DNA of 64,000 bases from a bacterium (GTDB taxonomy: Bacteria; Patescibacteriota; Minisyncoccia; CAIUEV01): assembly GCA_021779915.1 (NCBI GenBank), contig JAJXZR010000029.1, positions 12,495-76,494 on the forward strand, read 5' to 3'. The translations under genes were made by a program, and so were the position numbers. Position 1 is the stretch's first letter; each line of letters starts with the position of its first letter. The notes under the pieces are model-generated. The model was not told the DNA's origin. It did no database searches and worked only from the letters and a program-made list of their open reading frames with translations. Of this stretch, positions 57,200 to 64,000 are shown one piece after another.

Positions 57200-58081
57200 A
57201 TGGTTTCTCAAAAAATAAAAAAGGCCATTATTGCCGTGGCAGGAAGTGGGACTCGATTGCTTCCAGCCACCAAGGCTATGCCCAAAGAAATGCTTCCAAT
57301 TGTAGACAAGCCGATTATTCAATTAGTGGTGGAAGAATTGATTGAAGCAGGAATTGAAGATATTATTCTTGTTACCAAGTGGGACAAAAAACCATTGGAA
57401 GACCATTTTGATAGAAGCTGGGCTCTAGAGAATGAACTGGAAAAAAACAACAAGCTAGAAAAACTGGAAGAAATCAAAAGAATTTCCGAACTGGCTAATT
57501 TTATTTATGTCAGGCAGAAAGGTCCTTATGGAAACGGTACCCCGGTTCTTTCGGCCGGAAGCTTGGTAGATGACGAACCTTTTGTTTTTGTTTGGGGAGA
57601 CGATCTAGTTAAAGCTAAGCAATCTTTTACTAAATCAATGGTAGAAGATTACGAAAAAAACGGACATCTCATGATAGGAGTTCAAAAAGTGCCAGAAACC
57701 GAAGTCAGTCGTTATGGAATCGTAAAACTTCGAGAAGGAACTAATGAAATCGAGGACATTATTGAAAAACCCAAGCAAGAAGAAGCTCCGTCTTGCCTTG
57801 CCGATTTTGGCAGAATGATCCTTGATCAAGAAATAATCAACATCTTGAAAAACACAGCTCTTGGAAAAGACAATGAGCTTTGGATTGTCGACGCTATCAG
57901 AACTTACGTGAAAAACGGGGGAATTTTCCTGGCTAAAGAAGTGGAAAATGGGGAATGGATGACAACTGGGGACGCTCTCAATTACCTAAAAGCCACTCTA
58001 GCTTACGCTTTTGACAGAGAGGATTTAGCTAGGGAGATTGAGGCGTATATTGGGAAGATCAAGGGGGGATCTGGGGTTTAG
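57200..58081 (+). CDS. galU: UTP--glucose-1-phosphate uridylyltransferase
   Basis: AGSGTRLLPATKAMPKEMLPIVDKP, GDD, SRYG, IEKP. Confidence 0.93.
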   Translation: MVSQKIKKAIIAVAGSGTRLLPATKAMPKEMLPIVDKPIIQLVVEELIEAGIEDIILVTKWDKKPLEDHFDRSWALENELEKNNKLEKLEEIKRISELANFIYVRQKGPYGNGTPVLSAGSLVDDEPFVFVWGDDLVKAKQSFTKSMVEDYEKNGHLMIGVQKVPETEVSRYGIVKLREGTNEIEDIIEKPKQEEAPSCLADFGRMILDQEIINILKNTALGKDNELWIVDAIRTYVKNGGIFLAKEVENGEWMTTGDALNYLKATLAYAFDREDLAREIEAYIGKIKGGSGV

Positions 58082-58146
58082 TTAAGTTTTTTGCAATAAT
58101 TAAATCTACCATCCTGTTAACATAAAATATTTTTAATTCATCTACT

Positions 58147-58263
58147 AAAATGACTAATGACTAATATCGAATGACGAATCAATGACAAAGTCCTAATATC
58201 AAAAAATTTTGTTATTTGGATTTCGGATTTGGTTTGTTATTTGTCATTCGGAATTCGTCATTT
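58147..58263. repeat. Family F element
   Basis: aaaatgactaatgactaatatcgaatgacgaatc ... ttgtcattcggaattcgtcattt. Confidence 0.8.
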
Positions 58264-58336
58264 GATTAGTTAGATTAGGCTTTTTTGCAGTTTCTCTTGA
58301 ATAATCAGTTTAATTATTACTCTTCATCAACATCTA

Positions 58337-59812
58337 ATGTCTTCAAACCAAACCCTCAAACAACTTCTTGCGGATCGAAAGAAAAAACTCGATTTAATTA
58401 AAGAAGCGGGGGTTAATCCCTATCCGAGCAAAGCAAAACGTACTTGCACAAATGCTGAGGCTTTGAAAAATTTCAACAAATTAAAAAAAAGAAAGATTAC
58501 TTTGGTCGGGAGAATAATGGGAAAGAGAGGCCATGGAGGAATAAATTTTGCCGATCTGGAAGATGAAAGTGGTAAAATCCAAATTGCCCTCAGAAAAGAT
58601 GAGATCGGAGAGAAAAATTTCAATATCTTTTTGAATTTAATTGAAAGGGGAGATTTTATTGAAGTTGAAGGAACTCTTTTCCTAACCCGTGCCGGAGAAA
58701 AAACGTTAGGAGTTTCTCGATGGAAACTTCTTTCCAAAGCCTTAAAGCCTCTTCCGGAAAAATGGAAGGGATTACAAAGCGAAGAATTACGCTACCGAAA
58801 GCGCTATCTTGATCTTCTTACCAACCAAGAAACAAGAGAAAGATTTAGAAAAAGAAGCCATTTCATCGAACTTTTACGTAATTTTCTTCTTGGCAAAGGA
58901 TTTCTGGAAGTGGAAACTCCCATTTTACAACAAATGGCTGGGGGAGCGATTGCTAAGCCTTTTAAAACTAGACACAATGCTCTTGGACAGGATTATTTTT
59001 TACGCATTGCTCCCGAGTTATATCTCAAAAGATTGATCGTTGGCGGATTCGAGAAAGTTTTTGAATTTGCCAGAAATTTTCGCAACGAAGGAATCAGTAC
59101 CCAGCATAATCCCGATTTTACCATGCTAGAATTTTATCTTGCCTACAGTGACTACGAGAAACTGATGAGCTTGACCGAAGAGATGTTTAAAAAAATCATC
59201 CCCAAAATCAACGGATCTTTTGTCATAAATTTTCAAGGAAAAAAGTTTGATTTTAAACCTCCTTATAAAAAGGTATTGTTTAGTGATTTAGTAAAGAAAG
59301 AATTAAAGCTGGATATGGATAAGTTGAAAAGAAAAGATTTGTTAGAGATAATCAAGAAGAACTCAATTGAACTAAAAAATATCAGCTCGGAGTCAGATGC
59401 GAAACTCCTAGATGAAATATACAAAAAAATAATTCGTCCAAAACTTTCCGGTCCGTTATTTCTGATGGATTATCCCAAAGAAATGATTCCTCTTGCCAAA
59501 ACTAAAGAAGAAAATCCCAAACGAATTGCTACCTTTCAACTGATTGTTAATGGTTGGGAAATAATTAAAGCCTACAACGAGCTTAATGATCCTGGGGAAC
59601 AAGCCGATCGTTTTTTAGAGCAAGCTAAAGCAAAAGAAAAAGGCGACGAAGAAGCTCACGGTTTTGATGAAGATTACGTTGAGGCTCTTTCCTACGGCAT
59701 GCCCCCAACAGCTGGCTGGGGAATGGGGATAGACCGATTTTTGGCTATTTTATTGGATCAGAAGAATTTAAGGGACGTGATTTTGTTTCCCTTGAGGAGG
59801 AAGAAGGATTAA
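58337..59812 (+). CDS. lysS: lysine--tRNA ligase (class II)
   Basis: RYRKRYLDL, LRIAPELYLKRL, FRNEG, YGMPPTAGWGMGIDR. Confidence 0.97.
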   Translation: MSSNQTLKQLLADRKKKLDLIKEAGVNPYPSKAKRTCTNAEALKNFNKLKKRKITLVGRIMGKRGHGGINFADLEDESGKIQIALRKDEIGEKNFNIFLNLIERGDFIEVEGTLFLTRAGEKTLGVSRWKLLSKALKPLPEKWKGLQSEELRYRKRYLDLLTNQETRERFRKRSHFIELLRNFLLGKGFLEVETPILQQMAGGAIAKPFKTRHNALGQDYFLRIAPELYLKRLIVGGFEKVFEFARNFRNEGISTQHNPDFTMLEFYLAYSDYEKLMSLTEEMFKKIIPKINGSFVINFQGKKFDFKPPYKKVLFSDLVKKELKLDMDKLKRKDLLEIIKKNSIELKNISSESDAKLLDEIYKKIIRPKLSGPLFLMDYPKEMIPLAKTKEENPKRIATFQLIVNGWEIIKAYNELNDPGEQADRFLEQAKAKEKGDEEAHGFDEDYVEALSYGMPPTAGWGMGIDRFLAILLDQKNLRDVILFPLRRKKD

Positions 59813-59814
59813 AG

Positions 59815-59997
59815 AAGTTCTAATTCACCTAATTCCTAATTCACCTAATAAAATGTCAAAGGTCAAATGACGAATGACGAATTAATTCCGAATATCAAAT
59901 GACAAAAAAAGTATTTTGAAATTTGGATTTTGTCATTGATTTGTCATTTGACATTAGTCATTTGTCATTTTATTAGAAATTAGGTGAATTAGAACTT
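59815..59997. mobile_element. Family G element enclosing F (about 59846-59975)
   Basis: aagttctaattcacctaatt / aattaggtgaattagaactt perfect outer IR. Confidence 0.88.
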
Positions 59998-60087
59998 AGA
60001 AATTTATCCCCCCTCTCTTGCCTTTCCCAAAAAAACCTCTCTATAATGGTAAGTTAGGCGTTTAAAAATTATTTCTAAATATTTTTT

Positions 60088-63000
60088 ATGTTTAAGTCCG
60101 TTGACCCTAAAATACCTCCCTCGGAAAGAGAAAAGAAAACCATCAAGTTTTGGAAGAAAAATATGGCTTTTGAAAAGTCCATTGAGAACAGACGGGAAGC
60201 TCCAATTTACAGCTTTTTCGACGGTCCTCCTTTTATTACTGGTGTACCTCATTATGGGACGCTTCTCTCTTCTATTGCTAAAGATGTGGTTCCTAGATAT
60301 TGGACAATGAGAGGTTATCGGGTTGACAGGCGTTGGGGTTGGGATTGTCATGGACTTCCGGCCGAACACATGGTGGAAAAAAAGCTAGGACTCAAGACAA
60401 AAAAAGAGATTGAGGAAGGAGTCGGAATCGAGAGATTTGTCTGTGAATGCCTCCGATCAACCAGCAAAGTCGCCTCTTCTTGGGAAGATACCATTGACCG
60501 CATCGGTCGTTGGATAGACTATAAAAATGCCTATCGTACCATGGACTCTGATTACATGGAATCGGTTTGGTGGGCTTTCAAAGAACTTCACAGCAAAGGA
60601 CTTATCTATAAAGACACCCGTATTTCTCTTTACTGTCCGCGTTGCGCCACTCCACTGGCTAATTTTGAAATTGCTATGGACAACAGTTATCAAGATGTGG
60701 TAGACGCCTCCGCCTTCGTTCGATTTCCTCTTACTCAAGAATCTAAGGAAAAATTGAGTCTTTCTGCAAAGGATCCGGTCTATTTCGTTGCTTGGACAAC
60801 TACTCCCTGGACTTTGCTTTCTAATTCCGGATTGGCAGTCAGTCCAAAGATGGATTATTTGGTAATCAAACCTAAAAAAGAAAAAGGCCTTTTAATTTTA
60901 GCCAAATCAAGATGGGAATATGTCAAAGAACTTGCAAAAATTGAGGGAGAGATAGTATCCGAAATAAAGGGAAGTGGTCTCGAGAATCTCACTTATGAAA
61001 GAATTCTCCCTGAAGAAACAGTTTACGAAAAATCAGAGAACGACAACGGTTTTCGAGTGGTTTTGGGGGATTTCGTTGAAGAAGACAACGGTAGTGGAAT
61101 TGTTCACATGTCTCCGGCTTTTGGGGAAGAGGACTACAAAAAAGGAAAGGAAGAAAATCTACCTATTCTCTTAAATGTTGACTCCGAAGGGAAGTTCATT
61201 GAAGGACAGTTTGAAGGAAAAAATGTTTGGGATGCCAACCCAAAAATTGTAGAACTCCTCAAAAAGAAAGAACTTCTCTTAGTGGAAGAAAAAATCACCC
61301 ACAGTTACCCATTCTGCCATCGATGTCACACAAAACTGATTTACAAAGTCCAACCGGCTTGGTTTATCAAAGTCAGTAGCCTTAAAGACCAATTAATTTC
61401 AGAAAATGAAAAAATCAATTGGCATCCAGAACATTTGAAACATGGAAGATTCTTGAAGGGAATTGAATCGGCTCCTGATTGGAATATTTCCCGAGACCGC
61501 TTTTTTGGTACCGCTATCCCTATTTGGGAATGTGAAAGTTGCAACAAACAAATTGCGGTCGGTTCCTACGACGAACTTTATCAGCTTTCGGGACAAAGAC
61601 TTGATGATTACCACCGACCTTACGTCGACAAAATCACTTTCAAATGCCCAGATTGCGAAAATACTTGTAGAAGAATTCCTCAAGTGCTTGATTGTTGGGT
61701 TGAATCAGCATCCATGCCTTTTGCGGAAAGACACTATCCTTTTAAAAACCAAGAAGATTTCAACCAAAAATTCCCTTGCGATTTTGTTTCCGAATACATT
61801 GGCCAAACTCGAGCCTGGTTTTTTGTAATGCACACAATGGCCGTCGCTCTTTTTGGAAAACCAGCCTTTAAAAATGTCGTTACCACTGGAGTCATCGCCG
61901 GTTCTGACGGGAAAAAAATGTCCAAGTCTTTGGGTAATTTTCCCGACCCAGAAGAAGTCCTCAATAAATATTCCGCGGACGCCTTACGCTTTTATCTTAT
62001 GAGTTCCCCTATTATGGAAGCTGAAAATATGAATTTTTCGGAAGAGAAAGTGGGAGAAATTCAAAAAGGTCTGCTTCGCGCCTGGCTTAATTCCTACTAT
62101 TTTTTCATCACTTACGCCCGCCTCGACAAATGGAAGCCCGATATGGAAATTCCTTTCCGTTGGAGCGACCCCCAATCTTTCAGAGAGGCTTGGCAAAAAC
62201 CAACAATCACTATCGACGCTTGGATTCTTTCCGAACTTCACACACTCCTCCGAGATATGCGAGAGTTTATGGATAATTACAAAATAGCAAGGGCTGCAAG
62301 ACTCCTTCCTCCGTTCCTGGACAAACTTTCCAATTGGTATATTCGAAGAAGTAGAAAACGTTTTTGGAAAAGCGAAAATGATGAAAACAAAAACGACGCT
62401 TATCAGGCTCTCTACGAAGTTCTTACCAAGCTTGGCCAGTCCGCCGCTCCTTTTTTGCCTTTTCTAACCGAAGAAATTTATCAAAATATTAATGTGTTTG
62501 AAGGAAAAGACTTAGAACTAGACGAAGGCAAAGAAATGAACAAAACCCTCAACAAAGAATCAATCCACCTAACCGACTTTCCTGAAGTAAATCCTATGCT
62601 CATCGATGAAGAGTTAAATCTTTCCATGGAAAGAGTGAGACAAATCGTAACCATTGGTCTTTCTCTTCGTGCAAAGAAAGGGATTAAAGTCCGCCAACCT
62701 CTTCAAACTCTTTTTGTGAAAGAGTTAGGGAACATTACCGAAGAACTTTGGGAATTGGTAAAGGAAGAATTAAATATTAAGGAGATAAAAGAAAAAACTA
62801 ATTTAGATGAGCTTATCTTGGAAAATAAACTTCCTCAAGATCTAATCGGGATAACCGAGAAAGAAGAAACTATTGCTATCGATTTAAAACTAAACGAAGA
62901 CCTTCTTCTCGAAGGAGAAATGAGGGAAGTGGTAAGACAAATTCAAGAAGGAAGAAAAAAGGCTGGATTCAATATTGAAGATCATATCATCCTCGGCTAC

Positions 63001-63156
63001 ATCGGAAAAGAAGAAATATTCAATCGCTTTGGCTATGTGATCAGCAAAGAAACACTGGCCGATGAAATATTTAACAAAGAACTTCCTGAGAAAGAATATT
63101 TTTTTGAGATTAAATTAGGAACAGAAAAAGTCAGTATTTCGCTTAAGAAAAAATAG
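60088..63156 (+). CDS. ileS: isoleucine--tRNA ligase, type 2
   Basis: DGPPF..G.PHYG, GWDCHGLP, WTTTPWTL, DWNISRDR, KMSKS; no C-terminal Zn finger. Confidence 0.95.
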   Translation: MFKSVDPKIPPSEREKKTIKFWKKNMAFEKSIENRREAPIYSFFDGPPFITGVPHYGTLLSSIAKDVVPRYWTMRGYRVDRRWGWDCHGLPAEHMVEKKLGLKTKKEIEEGVGIERFVCECLRSTSKVASSWEDTIDRIGRWIDYKNAYRTMDSDYMESVWWAFKELHSKGLIYKDTRISLYCPRCATPLANFEIAMDNSYQDVVDASAFVRFPLTQESKEKLSLSAKDPVYFVAWTTTPWTLLSNSGLAVSPKMDYLVIKPKKEKGLLILAKSRWEYVKELAKIEGEIVSEIKGSGLENLTYERILPEETVYEKSENDNGFRVVLGDFVEEDNGSGIVHMSPAFGEEDYKKGKEENLPILLNVDSEGKFIEGQFEGKNVWDANPKIVELLKKKELLLVEEKITHSYPFCHRCHTKLIYKVQPAWFIKVSSLKDQLISENEKINWHPEHLKHGRFLKGIESAPDWNISRDRFFGTAIPIWECESCNKQIAVGSYDELYQLSGQRLDDYHRPYVDKITFKCPDCENTCRRIPQVLDCWVESASMPFAERHYPFKNQEDFNQKFPCDFVSEYIGQTRAWFFVMHTMAVALFGKPAFKNVVTTGVIAGSDGKKMSKSLGNFPDPEEVLNKYSADALRFYLMSSPIMEAENMNFSEEKVGEIQKGLLRAWLNSYYFFITYARLDKWKPDMEIPFRWSDPQSFREAWQKPTITIDAWILSELHTLLRDMREFMDNYKIARAARLLPPFLDKLSNWYIRRSRKRFWKSENDENKNDAYQALYEVLTKLGQSAAPFLPFLTEEIYQNINVFEGKDLELDEGKEMNKTLNKESIHLTDFPEVNPMLIDEELNLSMERVRQIVTIGLSLRAKKGIKVRQPLQTLFVKELGNITEELWELVKEELNIKEIKEKTNLDELILENKLPQDLIGITEKEETIAIDLKLNEDLLLEGEMREVVRQIQEGRKKAGFNIEDHIILGYIGKEEIFNRFGYVISKETLADEIFNKELPEKEYFFEIKLGTEKVSISLKKK

Positions 63157-63193
63157 AAAGAAAGACCTGTATATACACAATCTTAATTTTAAC

Positions 63194-63419
63194 GTGTCAT
63201 TCCCGGCGTGTCGACCGGAAATCCAGGTTAGACTCACTAATTATTCTAATTTCTCTAATTGACCTAATTATTCTAAACAAAATCCCCAAAAACCAATTTC
63301 CAAATTTTATTTTTTATTGTTTGGTATTTGGTGCTTTTTTAGGTTAATTAGTATAATTAGGTCAATTAGAGCAATTTTACGTTCTCCCAGATCCCCGGTC
63401 GACACGCCGAGGATGACAC
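63194..63419. mobile_element. R doublet enclosing D
   Basis: gtgtcattcccggcgtgtcgaccggaaatcc ... gatccccggtcgacacgccgaggatgacac. Confidence 0.88.
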
Positions 63420-63460
63420 ATAAGAGTTAAATGAATTACAATAAAGACTAAATACAACTC

Positions 63461-64000
63461 ATGAACTTAAATTTTTTTCTCCCCAAACAACCTGAATTTT
63501 TTGTTTACTTTGATGAGTACGGCGACTGTTTGAATGAAATGGCCAATTTGTTTAAAAAGTTTACTCACAATTTTAACAATTTTGAGGAATATTTTGAAGA
63601 AGCTAGAGTAATTGAACATGAAGGAGACAAGATCTGCCGTAAAATTATCGACAAACTCAATCGCACCATCATCACTCCTTTTGATCGCGAAGACATCCAT
63701 TTAATTGCCAGGAAGACTGACCGATTGATTGACTTGACTGAGAACGTCATTAGAAACATCTATTTCTATAAACCCAAAGAAAAAATTGAGGCTGTTACAG
63801 AATTTTCCGACCTTATTTGTAGAGCCACCATGAATACAACCAAACTCTTGAAACTCCTCAAAAAAATGAAATACACCTCTGAGGTTAAAAAACTAGTTAT
63901 GGAAAATCACAAACTGGAAGATCGAGGCGATCTTGTCTTCAAAAAATCTATCGTGAAACTCTTTGAAGACGAAAAAGACCCGGCCAACATCATCAAATGG
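63461..64000 (+). CDS. DUF47 / PhoU-like phosphate transport regulator (3' truncated by window; absent from ORF track)
   Basis: manual translation MNLNFFLPKQPEFF...EHEGDKIC...NRTIITPFDREDI. Confidence 0.85.
   Translation, partial: MNLNFFLPKQPEFFVYFDEYGDCLNEMANLFKKFTHNFNNFEEYFEEARVIEHEGDKICRKIIDKLNRTIITPFDREDIHLIARKTDRLIDLTENVIRNIYFYKPKEKIEAVTEFSDLICRATMNTTKLLKLLKKMKYTSEVKKLVMENHKLEDRGDLVFKKSIVKLFEDEKDPANIIKW

Noticed and set aside
11325-63419. R repeats as a CRISPR array
   Set aside because: They are dispersed inverted doublets, not tandem direct repeats with unique regularly sized spacers; no cas operon is present.
1-64000. Alternative genetic code (UGA=Gly, code 25)
   Set aside because: Conserved genes are full length under code 11 and several end in TGA at expected positions (e.g. 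yebC, dnaJ).

Overview
AT-rich bacterial chromosome segment using the standard code (TGA is a stop). Gene content (lemA, murA, dcd, gatB, single and tandem PilB/GspE ATPases, rodA, yebC, HU, glycosyltransferases, rsmA, trmD, miaA, serS, nrdG, dnaJ, topA, porA/porD, galU, lysS, type-2 ileS), SD-poor leaders and a C1-G72 tRNA-Tyr suggest a Patescibacteria/CPR (Parcubacteria-like) genome; the taxonomy is inferred. The striking signal is non-coding. Most longer intergenic gaps hold ORF-less inverted-repeat elements from about 10 families, which I label: R = GTGTCAT-hairpin-ATCCA doublets (12 full, 2 collapsed); A, B, C, D, E, F, G, I = 7/9-mer tandem-repeat arms; J = CTCCCCT multi-hairpin; K = perfect 43-bp IR; plus 15-35-bp mini-hairpins. 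They nest 2-4 levels deep in either order and recur as whole composites. They also show swapped arm hairpins, an inverted core, empty versus filled sites, and ends abutting stop codons. No transposase is visible in the window. In addition, an intact tRNA-Gly(CCC) sits inside the anticodon loop of a second, degenerate tRNA-Gly, and tRNA-Ala has a 31-bp 3' duplication next to an SD-led accessory gene cluster. All protein calls come from motif recognition only; no searches were run.
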